33,393 nt of DNA. It comes from SAR202 cluster bacterium (lineage in GTDB: Bacteria > Chloroflexota > Dehalococcoidia > Lucifugimonadales > JASMAO01). A program made the position numbers and the translations under genes. Below, one piece after another: positions 18,265-26,266 of the stretch (within the stretch, counting starts at the first letter, position 1; each line of letters begins with the position of its first letter). The stretch spans positions 1 to 33,393 of the forward strand of contig JASMAO010000007.1 of the NCBI GenBank assembly GCA_030754315.1. The letters run 5' to 3'. The notes under the pieces are model-generated. The model saw only the letters and a list, made by a program, of their open reading frames with translations. It ran no database searches and was not told the origin of the DNA.

Positions 18265-19143
18265 CTAGACAGCAGCAGCGTTTGTAGCTGCGGCGTGTTG
18301 GTCGTCTGCATGGTAGGAACTTCGCACCAGAGGCCCCGATGCTACATGCCGGAACCCCATTCTTTTCCCTTCACAAGAGAGTTCCGTAAATTCCTGAGGT
18401 GAGTACCATTGAGACAGAGCAATATGTTTATCAGACGGTCGTATGTACTGCCCAATCGTCAGCAAGTCACAATTTACAGTTCGTAAGTCCCTCATAGTTT
18501 CAATTATTTCATCCCATGTCTCACCCAATCCCACCATCATGCCCGATTTTGTAACGGCACCAGGGGCAATAGCCTTAGCTCTGTATAAAAGCTCCAAGGA
18601 ACGATCATAATCTCCCTTGGGCCTTACTCTGCGAAAAATACGGCGAACTGTTTCAATGTTGTGATTCAGCGTGTCCGGTGCTGCATCCAGCACTTTCACA
18701 AGAGCCTGTCTATCTCCGTAGAAATCAGGTATTAGCACCTCTACTTTGCACAAGGGAACTTTCCTTCTTATTTGACGTATACATTGGGCAAAAATGAATG
18801 CACCGGCATCGGGTAGATCATCCCGGTCGACCGAGGTAATTACAGCGTAATTGAGACCCATACGCTCAACCGTCTCGGCCAACCTCGCCGGTTCCTGAAG
18901 ATCAGGGGGTTTTGGCTTACCGCTTTTAACGGCACAATAGGCACACGCCCGGGTACAAATATCCCCGAGCACCATGAAAGTGGCGGTCCTGCGATCCCAG
19001 CACGTTCCTATGTTTGGACAATGGGCTTCCTCACACACGGTGTGCAAGCCGGCCTTCCTCACAAGGCCCCTAAGTTCGATGTAATTAGCCCCGCCAGGCG
19101 CTTTCACCTTCAGCCATGGCGGTAGCTTTCTCTGTACAACCAT
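18265..19143 (-). CDS. lipA: Lipoyl synthase (radical SAM)
   Basis: 292 aa. The auxiliary cluster motif is VCEEAHCPNIGTCW and the radical-SAM motif is CTRACAYC. The C-terminal ...SSYHA is typical of LipA. Confidence 0.95.
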   Translation of the reverse strand: MVVQRKLPPWLKVKAPGGANYIELRGLVRKAGLHTVCEEAHCPNIGTCWDRRTATFMVLGDICTRACAYCAVKSGKPKPPDLQEPARLAETVERMGLNYAVITSVDRDDLPDAGAFIFAQCIRQIRRKVPLCKVEVLIPDFYGDRQALVKVLDAAPDTLNHNIETVRRIFRRVRPKGDYDRSLELLYRAKAIAPGAVTKSGMMVGLGETWDEIIETMRDLRTVNCDLLTIGQYIRPSDKHIALSQWYSPQEFTELSCEGKRMGFRHVASGPLVRSSYHADDQHAAATNAAAV

Positions 19144-19284
19144 CTATTCTCCGTACCTAATAATGAGACATAGATCATAACAGAACTCCTATTGTCACCC
19201 ATTCACAGTCACTGGGAGCATCCACCCACTGGAATTTATAGACCCGTTTACATCTCCGGTTCTTTAACGTACATCATTCTCTCA

Positions 19285-19314
19285 ATGACATGGCACTGGG
19301 CCCACCGGTATAAT
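19285..19314 (+). promoter_or_regulatory. Candidate promoter for the enoyl-CoA hydratase gene
   Basis: ATGACA (19285-19290), 18-nt spacer, TATAAT (19309-19314). GGAG lies 7 nt upstream of the TTG start at 19355. Confidence 0.4.
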
Positions 19315-19354
19315 GTTCGTATCAGGAGACCCTAGTTAAATCCGGAGATCCGTC

Positions 19355-20140
19355 TTGGAAAAGTATATTACCGTCAATGGTGCCAATGGCATAGCGACAA
19401 TCACCATCAATCGTGCTGACAAACGCAATGCCATCGGTTATTGCGGTTGGTTGGAATTGCGCAGCATCGTATCGAATCTGTCGGAAGATGAACATTGTAA
19501 GGTCGTAATCTTCACGGGAGCAGGCGACCAGGCTTTCTCCGCCGGTGCTGACATCAATGATTTCGGCCTTTACCGCAATAATAAAGCCAATGCAAAGACT
19601 TACGCAGCCGCTTTTGAAGGAGCCCTTGACGCAATTGAATCTCTGACCCAACCAACTATATGCCTCATCAAAGGATATTGCATCGGTGGAGGCTGCGAGT
19701 TGACTATGGCTACTGACTTGCGTATCGCTGCAGACAATAGTCACTTCGGTATCCCCGCCGCTAAACTTAGCGTCCTCATCGGTTTCAAAGAAATGCGTCG
19801 CCTTGTAAACCTAGTCGGTCAAGGGAATGCATCCTACGTCCTATTGTCAGGTCGTCGGATTCCAGTTACGGAGGCTGAGCAGATGGGATTGGTGAACAAG
19901 ATTCTCCCACTTGCAGAAATCGACGAATACACCTACTCCTTGGCAAGAGAAATAGCGGCACTGGCTCCCCTATCACATCGAGGTCACAAAAAACTTCTTC
20001 AGACAGTGTTGAATGCTAATGTATCCCACCTGTCCGAAGCAGATGAGGACCTTATCTTCTCCAATTTTTCGAGCGAGGATTTTCAAGAGGGCCGGACTGC
20101 CTTCATCGAACACCGTCTCCCACAATTCAAAGGCCGCTGA
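19355..20140 (+). CDS. Enoyl-CoA hydratase/isomerase (crotonase) family protein
   Basis: 261 aa with crotonase blocks ATITINRADKRNA, VVIFTGAGDQAFSAGADI and GYCIGGGCELTMATDLRIA. Confidence 0.85.
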   Translation: MEKYITVNGANGIATITINRADKRNAIGYCGWLELRSIVSNLSEDEHCKVVIFTGAGDQAFSAGADINDFGLYRNNKANAKTYAAAFEGALDAIESLTQPTICLIKGYCIGGGCELTMATDLRIAADNSHFGIPAAKLSVLIGFKEMRRLVNLVGQGNASYVLLSGRRIPVTEAEQMGLVNKILPLAEIDEYTYSLAREIAALAPLSHRGHKKLLQTVLNANVSHLSEADEDLIFSNFSSEDFQEGRTAFIEHRLPQFKGR

Positions 20141-20347
20141 TTGTAAAAGGCGGCTCTAAGCCAGCGAGGAATCGAAAAAAAACAAGGTCGCCTGTTGCAC
20201 TCAATTTAAAATTGGCGTGACATCGAGTATCGCCCATGTTTTTGAAAGATACACTATGGGCGCAACCTGCCTTTTGGTGCAACACATTCTGTACCCCATC
20301 ACTAATAATTAGGGACCATACCAACCATCCAACAAAGTGATAAACCA

Positions 20348-21541
20348 GTGACAATAGAATCCCCATTGAGCAGCGTTAGAGTAATTGATTGCACGCAAAT
20401 GATGGCTGGACCATTTTGCACAATGCTGCTTGGTGACATGGGTGCCGACATCATAAAGATAGAGAAGCCAGATGGTGATGACATCAGACGGTCAGGTCCT
20501 CCTTTTATAGAGGGCGAATCCGCTGCATTCCTTGGAATAAACCGAAATAAAAGAAGCGTGGTGGTAAACCTTAAGAATGATGAAGGGGTATCGATCCTAC
20601 GTAGGATGATAGAGCAAGCTGATGTCCTCGTACAAAACATGCGACCGGGAACGATGGACCGCCTAGGTTTAGGTTATGAAACCATCCAGAAAATTAACCC
20701 CGCCATGATCTATACAACCATCTCTGGATTCGGAATAACCGGGCCATACAAAAATCGCGGCGGTTTCGACTTGGTTGCTCAGGGTATGAGCGGGCTAATG
20801 AGCATTACTGGATACCCCGGTGGTCCCCCAGCAAGAAATGGCGTCCCTATAGCAGACCTGAACGCCGGTTTCTACGCAGCATATGGGACTCTTTGTGCAT
20901 ACATCCACAGGCTCCAGACGGGCAAAGGTCAGCATGTTGACACATCCCTCCTAGAAGCTGGAATTGCATACTCAATATGGGAATCTGCAATATACTTCGC
21001 TACAGGCAAACCGCCCGGCCCAGTCGGATCCGGCCATTCTCTTTCCGCACCTTACCAGGCTTTTCAAACCAAGGACAGCTACTTCATCGTAGGCGCTGCT
21101 AATCAAGCCAACTGGGAACGCCTGTGTAGTGCCATAGGACGCGAAGAGTTGACACAAGACCCCAGATTCACTGCAAACTCCGACCGCAGGCATAATTTGA
21201 AGGAGCTACAAATCACTCTAGAGAAGACATTCGTCAAACGAACCACACTCGAGTGGCTCAAGAAGCTAGATGAAGCTGGAGTACCCTGTGGCCCCATAAA
21301 CAACTTGGCCGAAGTCTACTCAGATCCACAGGTAAAATCGAGAGGAATGATTGTCGATATGGAGCACTCCAAGGCTGGAACTATCCGCAACATTGGCCTG
21401 CCTATTAAAATGTCCGATACTCCAGGCTCCATTCGTAAACCCGCACCCGTTCTAGGGCAGCATACCGCCGAAGTTCTTGCCGAATTCGGCTACACTCAAA
21501 AAGAGATTGCGCTATTAAAAGAGTCGCGTATCATCACCTAA
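20348..21541 (+). CDS. Family III CoA-transferase (CaiB/BaiF-like)
   Basis: 397 aa. The N-terminus VRVIDCTQMMAGPFCTMLLGDMGADIIKIE and the blocks NRNKRSV and FDLVAQGMSGLMS are typical of the family. Confidence 0.85.
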   Translation: MTIESPLSSVRVIDCTQMMAGPFCTMLLGDMGADIIKIEKPDGDDIRRSGPPFIEGESAAFLGINRNKRSVVVNLKNDEGVSILRRMIEQADVLVQNMRPGTMDRLGLGYETIQKINPAMIYTTISGFGITGPYKNRGGFDLVAQGMSGLMSITGYPGGPPARNGVPIADLNAGFYAAYGTLCAYIHRLQTGKGQHVDTSLLEAGIAYSIWESAIYFATGKPPGPVGSGHSLSAPYQAFQTKDSYFIVGAANQANWERLCSAIGREELTQDPRFTANSDRRHNLKELQITLEKTFVKRTTLEWLKKLDEAGVPCGPINNLAEVYSDPQVKSRGMIVDMEHSKAGTIRNIGLPIKMSDTPGSIRKPAPVLGQHTAEVLAEFGYTQKEIALLKESRIIT

Positions 21542-21621
21542 CCATCAACCTAGAATCCTATTCTTAAATTCAATAGAGCATGGTTGGACGGTTTAATTTT
21601 AAAATGTAACGCCGTCTCCCC

Positions 21622-22977
21622 CTAACCCTTAATTCGGTCCACAACACTGCGAGTGGCACTTACAAGTCTATCCACCTCGGTCTCAGTGGTCAGTGTGGAC
21701 AGAGACCCAGCGGCTTTGGCCTGAGTTAAAACTCCCTCGTTCAGCAGCCCCATGAACAGCAACTTCTTCATATCTGTATCACCACGAAGCATGGAGCGAT
21801 TGTCAACGACTTCCTCCGATGTGAAATGAATTCCAAAAAGCGACTCCACTCCAGTCACCTGTACTTCAACGTTGAATTCGCCAAAAATCGCTTCCAACTT
21901 GGACCGTAAAATTCCGCCAAGCCTACCCAATCGCGCATAAACTTTTGGTGTGAGTTGCTGAATAACCGCTTCGCCAGCTACCATCGTCATGGGATTAGCA
22001 TTGAAAGTCCCTGCATGTCCTATTACTGGTCCTGCGCCAGTGGGGTCATAGAGGGCCATAACATCAGCTCTGCCTCCAAACGCACCGACTGGCATACCAC
22101 CCCCTATAACCTTACCTAACGTAGTCAGATCGGGTACCACACCGAACAACTCTTGAGCCCCCCCTGGCGCAACACGAAAACTTTGAACCTCATCGTAAAT
22201 CAGTAAAATACCAAGCTCTTCAGTAAGATCTCTTATACCCCTTAGGAATTCAAGCTTCGCTGGAGCATAGCCAAAATTCGACACGACCGGCTCCATAATC
22301 ACACATGACAACTCATTCCGGTAGCGTAATAGATTTTCTTGACAAACCTTCAGGTCGTTGTAAGGCAACACCAAGACGTCATCAAGTATGGCCTGTGACA
22401 TGCCCGGAAACTCAGGTATAGCTTTGGGTCCCCCAGGATCTAATTTTTCACGCGGGGTGTTGACACTAACAGAAACATATTCATTCGAACCATGATACCC
22501 CCCTTCAAATTTGGCTATCTTTTGCTTGCCTGAAAAAGCACGAGCCACCCTGATCGCATTGAGTGTGGCCTCGGTTCCCGAATTGACAAATCGCACAGAT
22601 TCCACAGATGGAATCCGTTCACACAGAAGACCGGCTAGCCTTACTTGAGCGTCCGTGGGGTGGCTAAAAGAAACCCCTTTCCGGACCTGCGCACTTAATT
22701 CTTTAACCACAAGAGGATCCGCGTGACCTGTAATTAAGCTAGTTGCATTAATCATGAAATCCAGGTACCGGTTGCCGTCAACATCATGGAGATAGTGTCC
22801 TTCACCATGGTCTACAAAAAATGGGAATGGATCAAAGTAAGAGGTGCCCCTAGAGCTACCGCCAGGCAAATGTTTCTCTGATTCAAATTGAGAAATCCGG
22901 GACCTGGGATGCTTTTCGACAAATAAGTCTATTTCACGCCGTAGCTTTTCGAGCAATTCTGATCTCCATAGCTCCAA
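21622..22977 (-). CDS. Class-III PLP aminotransferase, glutamate-1-semialdehyde 2,1-aminomutase-like paralog
   Basis: 451 aa with a TTG start. Blocks DVDGNRYLDFMINATSLITGHADP and NSGTEATLNAIRVAR are present. The PLP-lysine block TLGKVIGGGMPVGAFGG is close to the HemL consensus. The N-terminal region differs from canonical HemL (LPGGSSRGTS instead of PGGVNSPVRAF). Confidence 0.75.
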   Translation of the reverse strand: MELWRSELLEKLRREIDLFVEKHPRSRISQFESEKHLPGGSSRGTSYFDPFPFFVDHGEGHYLHDVDGNRYLDFMINATSLITGHADPLVVKELSAQVRKGVSFSHPTDAQVRLAGLLCERIPSVESVRFVNSGTEATLNAIRVARAFSGKQKIAKFEGGYHGSNEYVSVSVNTPREKLDPGGPKAIPEFPGMSQAILDDVLVLPYNDLKVCQENLLRYRNELSCVIMEPVVSNFGYAPAKLEFLRGIRDLTEELGILLIYDEVQSFRVAPGGAQELFGVVPDLTTLGKVIGGGMPVGAFGGRADVMALYDPTGAGPVIGHAGTFNANPMTMVAGEAVIQQLTPKVYARLGRLGGILRSKLEAIFGEFNVEVQVTGVESLFGIHFTSEEVVDNRSMLRGDTDMKKLLFMGLLNEGVLTQAKAAGSLSTLTTETEVDRLVSATRSVVDRIKG

Positions 22978-23014
22978 ATCCTATCTCGATTAATTACAAA
23001 TGTTCAGCCGCGCT

Positions 23015-23869
23015 TCACTGCTTCAGGTGTATGGCAGCTAAAACCTCATTCATGCTACCTGTTCGAAAACCCTCGAGATCAATTGTCACATACGAATAAC
23101 CCAACGATTTAAGTTGTTTGGTTACCAACTCCCGTACGTCCCTTTGCACCAGACGCGGAATGTTTTCAACCTCGACCTCAATCCGAGCCATTACACCATA
23201 GTCCCGTACACGCACCTGCCCAAATGCCAAATTCCTCAGACACTCCTCCGCACAGGCTATCCGAGACAGGGCCTGGGTGGTCACTGGAGTACCGTATGGT
23301 ATACGAGACGACAGACAGGCCTGAGCTGGCTTATCCCAAGTAGGTAAGTGCATTTTTTTGGAAAGCACACGAATCTCATCTTTGCCCAAACCTGCCTCGA
23401 TTAGTGGAGTCCGCACACCATACTTCCGAGCAGCGTTCAGGCCCGGGCGCATTTCACTTAAGTCGTTGACATTAGTTCCATTGGCCAACCAATCGTAGCC
23501 TTCAACATCGGCAAGCTGTGCCAATCTCGTATATAACTCATCTTTACAAAAAAAACATCGATTGGGATCGTTCCTTTGATAATCCTCTCGCGCTACCTCA
23601 TCAGTAGCTATCAGCCGATGTGCAAATCCCACGTGTCGAGCAACATTAAGGGCACTTTCGCTTTCGGAAGGCGCCAAGCTAGCAGACACAGCGGTAACAG
23701 CCAACGCCCTTCCACCAAGCACTTCGTTAGCTACTGATGCCAAGAAGGTACTGTCTACCCCGCCGGAAAATGCAGTAACCATCGAGCCCATCTCATCGAT
23801 AGTGGTTCTAAGAAATTTGTCCTTTTCTTCAATGGTACCCACAAACGGTTTTATCATTTGTGTCATCAT
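23015..23869 (-). CDS. larE: LarE-type PP-loop ATP pyrophosphatase (NPN-cofactor sulfur insertase)
   Basis: About 284 aa from ATG 23869, which is preceded by AAGGA; the track ORF starts at GTG 23887. It carries the PP-loop AFSGGVDST. Cys residues sit at NRCFFCKDE (CxxC) and QACLSSR, where the LarE active-site Cys is expected. Confidence 0.7.
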   Translation of the reverse strand: MMTQMIKPFVGTIEEKDKFLRTTIDEMGSMVTAFSGGVDSTFLASVANEVLGGRALAVTAVSASLAPSESESALNVARHVGFAHRLIATDEVAREDYQRNDPNRCFFCKDELYTRLAQLADVEGYDWLANGTNVNDLSEMRPGLNAARKYGVRTPLIEAGLGKDEIRVLSKKMHLPTWDKPAQACLSSRIPYGTPVTTQALSRIACAEECLRNLAFGQVRVRDYGVMARIEVEVENIPRLVQRDVRELVTKQLKSLGYSYVTIDLEGFRTGSMNEVLAAIHLKQ

Positions 23870-23915
23870 CCCAGTCCTTAAATACACAACTACTTTACTC
23901 TTATAAGTTCAGCAT

Positions 23916-24038
23916 AAAGAGGCGTAGCCAGCTTAACAATTTGTTCACCCCAAGTTGTTGGTAAGCAAGCCCCTTCAGAAATCAGAGGCGAATCGATCCT
24001 CAAATTCGTCTTTAGGCCTACAACTAAAACGCCTCTTT
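23916..24038. repeat. 10-bp perfect inverted repeat enclosing a 103-nt segment with internal stems
   Basis: AAAGAGGCGT (23916-23925) pairs with ACGCCTCTTT (24029-24038). Internal pairings are GAGGCGAAT (23985-23993)/ATTCGTCTT (24004-24012; 9 bp including 2 G-T pairs on the plus strand) and CTTAACAA (23932-23939)/TTGTT-GGT-AAG. The element lies in the plsY-larE intergenic region. Confidence 0.5.
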
Positions 24039-24114
24039 TGAGCCCTGCCTACCGCCATCTCCCAGCGTACCAGCGAGTAACCTACCGGTCAACGCAACAA
24101 TCGCCCGGAAGAAA

Positions 24115-24675
24115 TCAAGTGCGATACTGAATCCGCGCCTTAAAGAATATCGCTACGCCAACCAGCGTGACCCCTCCAGCAGCAATCCAATTTTCATGGA
24201 GTAGCCAGCCGACTCCAGTCGTCAACCCAAAAAAGACCGTGCCCGTAATTGCAGCATTCCTAGTAACCTTCATGACGATTACAGCCGGCAGCGCCGCTCC
24301 AGCCACACCCAACGGCAATAACCCTATAGCCGCCCCCATAGCAGTCGCCAATCCGGTGCCCCCAACGAAGCGCCAAGGAGCTGGGAAAAAGTGTCCGATG
24401 AGCAAACTACACGAAGAGATTAGCCCCAACCAGGTAGGTAAGCCAAGCATGAGAACGGGCACCGTAGAGGCAGCTCCTTTGATCACATCCCCCACAAAAG
24501 TAATAGCTGCATAGCGAGGACCCATCTCCCTGAATATGTTGGCCGTCCCAGGGTTCCCAGTTCCTAATTTTCGGATGTCAACACCGCGGGCACGAGCAAC
24601 GAGATCGCCAACGGACAACGATCCTAGTGCGTACACACATATTAACCACACCACGTAGAACCAGAGTTCATTCAT
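24115..24675 (-). CDS. plsY: Glycerol-3-phosphate acyltransferase PlsY
   Basis: About 186 aa from ATG 24675; the track ORF starts at TTG 24690. It is a multi-pass membrane protein with the PlsY signature GTGNPGTANIFR (consensus GSGNxGATN). Confidence 0.85.
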   Translation of the reverse strand: MNELWFYVVWLICVYALGSLSVGDLVARARGVDIRKLGTGNPGTANIFREMGPRYAAITFVGDVIKGAASTVPVLMLGLPTWLGLISSCSLLIGHFFPAPWRFVGGTGLATAMGAAIGLLPLGVAGAALPAVIVMKVTRNAAITGTVFFGLTTGVGWLLHENWIAAGGVTLVGVAIFFKARIQYRT

Positions 24676-24820
24676 CTTAATCAATAACAAATCGATCGGA
24701 TATCATATCTGTTTCACTAAACCTGTCGGGTCTATCGAACCTTCGCCAGTCATTCCGTCCCATCTATCACCTTCTATCCGTATCTCATTGCTGAATGCCA
24801 TTATCACGTTGCACTGTACA

Positions 24821-25335
24821 CTAACTACTAACCTCCCATTCACACTTTTGAACCGAATACACGGCTACGTCACCAAGGGGATCATTAACCCGGTCAGCTT
24901 TGCAAAGGATGTCTTTGAACTTGAATCTCAATCGATTCGGAACCCCAAGATTGCGAGCGTTACTGACTCCAGCCCGCACCCTAATACGCTGTAAATAGAA
25001 CTCCTCAAACCCGAGCGTCTCAACGCATCTTGTCGCTCTCACATGGCGTCGAAAACCTTTATCCAGACATTATCCCACGCTCCCTATTCCATTCTCACAT
25101 CCACTGTATTGATCGACATTGATATTGGTTAATCCGATGAGTTGACTGAATCGCCAGATTCCAAAGACGAATCTCTCGCCGTGCTCTACATTCAACATTG
25201 TTATTCGCACAAAAAAGTCCGTGCTGACACCGTCGTGATTCCGTCCATCCAACCCAAGTGATTTAGCAAATGTTCCCGATTCTTCTCCGTAAGAGCGACC
25301 AGCGCCTTCTCATCTACCATCGCTAATAGCTTCAT
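24821..25335 (-). pseudogene. Decayed GNAT (RimJ/RimL-like) N-acetyltransferase gene
   Basis: On the minus strand, the ATG at 25335 opens MKLLAMVDEKALVALTEKNREHLLNHLGWMDG..., which stops at 25201-25203. The reading continues in another frame from 25252 (...ERFVFGIW..QLIGLTNINVDQ...). An in-frame TAA at 25070-25072 interrupts it, after which the same frame gives ...VETLGFEEFYLQRIRVRAGVSNARN...DVAVYSVQKCEW. The total of about 171 codons matches the length and block order of RimJ-like GNATs. Confidence 0.55.
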
Positions 25336-25351
25336 CCTGGTATTCTCTCTA

Positions 25352-25537
25352 ACGTTGAGTGTCGGCATCAAAGATTCTCAGGCTGATCTCTTCAGTGATA
25401 TCATATTCCCGCTGGTTCACCAGTCAATCCTAATCACCCAGAGCCCACCAACCTTCAGGCCGGATAAACAAACTATCGAAAATTCGCGACTCCGTACCAC
25501 CTTGGAAAAAGTCAGAAATGGCACGTTGAGTGTCGGC
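25352..25537 (+). repeat. 15-nt perfect direct repeat, 171 nt apart, at the 5' end of larB
   Basis: ACGTTGAGTGTCGGC occurs at 25352-25366 and again at 25523-25537. The offset is 57 codons, so the copies are in frame. Copy 1 contains the TTG start of the long ORF. Copy 2 encodes T-L-S-V-G in the conserved LarB N-terminal helix. Confidence 0.85.
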
Positions 25538-26245
25538 GATGCCTTGGATCAACTCAGTGTTTTGACTTACGAGGACCTAGATTTTGCAAAAGTCGATCAC
25601 CACCGCGGACTACGTAAGGGTTTCCCAGAAGTTGTGTTCGGCGAAGGCAAATCTCCTGAGCAAATTGCCACAATAGCTGAGGCTATCCTCAAGTCATCAG
25701 ACCGCCTCCTCATCACACGAACAACCGAAGCGGCATTTGACGCCGTCCGCTTACGTGCTCCTGACGTAAGCTACGACCAAACCGCCCGTACAATCTCGGT
25801 GAACCGACAGGGCAACCAGACACTGACTCCAGGTATTGTGATCGCCAGCGCCGGTACTGCCGATCTACCCGTTGCTAGAGAAGCGGCTGTCGTTGCCGAA
25901 ATGATGGGTTGTAAGGTTGGTAAAATAGACGACGTGGGTGTGGCCGGTATACACAGGCTCTTTGATACACTACCTTCTCTCCGGCAAGCACAGGTAATCG
26001 TAGCAGTTGCCGGTATGGAGGGAGCGCTTCCTTCAGTCATAGCTGGACTCGTTCAAGCACCGGTAATCGCCGTGCCAACTAGCGTTGGATACGGCGCCAG
26101 TTTCGGGGGTATAGCCGCACTCCTTGCAATGCTTAACAGTTGCTCCGAAGGATTAGCAGTGGTTAACATAGACAATGGTTTCGGCGCTGGTTACCTCGCC
26201 GCTCTCATAGTAAAACTTGGGCACGCACAAACCTCGCAAGATTGA
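25502..26245 (+). CDS. larB: LarB, pyridinium-3,5-biscarboxylic acid mononucleotide synthase (PurE-like); start uncertain (TTG 25502 or TTG 25355)
   Basis: LarB blocks are LEKVRNGTLSVGDALDQL, DFAKVDHHRGLRKGFPEVVFGEGKS and VAVAGMEGALPSVIAGL..PVIAVPTSVGYG. Starting at 25502 gives about 247 aa, close to the LarB length I remember. The 49 extra residues of the 25355 start carry no conserved block. Confidence 0.8.
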   Translation: MEKVRNGTLSVGDALDQLSVLTYEDLDFAKVDHHRGLRKGFPEVVFGEGKSPEQIATIAEAILKSSDRLLITRTTEAAFDAVRLRAPDVSYDQTARTISVNRQGNQTLTPGIVIASAGTADLPVAREAAVVAEMMGCKVGKIDDVGVAGIHRLFDTLPSLRQAQVIVAVAGMEGALPSVIAGLVQAPVIAVPTSVGYGASFGGIAALLAMLNSCSEGLAVVNIDNGFGAGYLAALIVKLGHAQTSQD

Positions 26246-26266
26246 CCATCTTTCATCCCAACCCAT

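Noticed and set aside
19322-19744. 140-aa minus-strand ORF
   Set aside because: It is antisense to the enoyl-CoA hydratase gene, which carries clear crotonase motifs.
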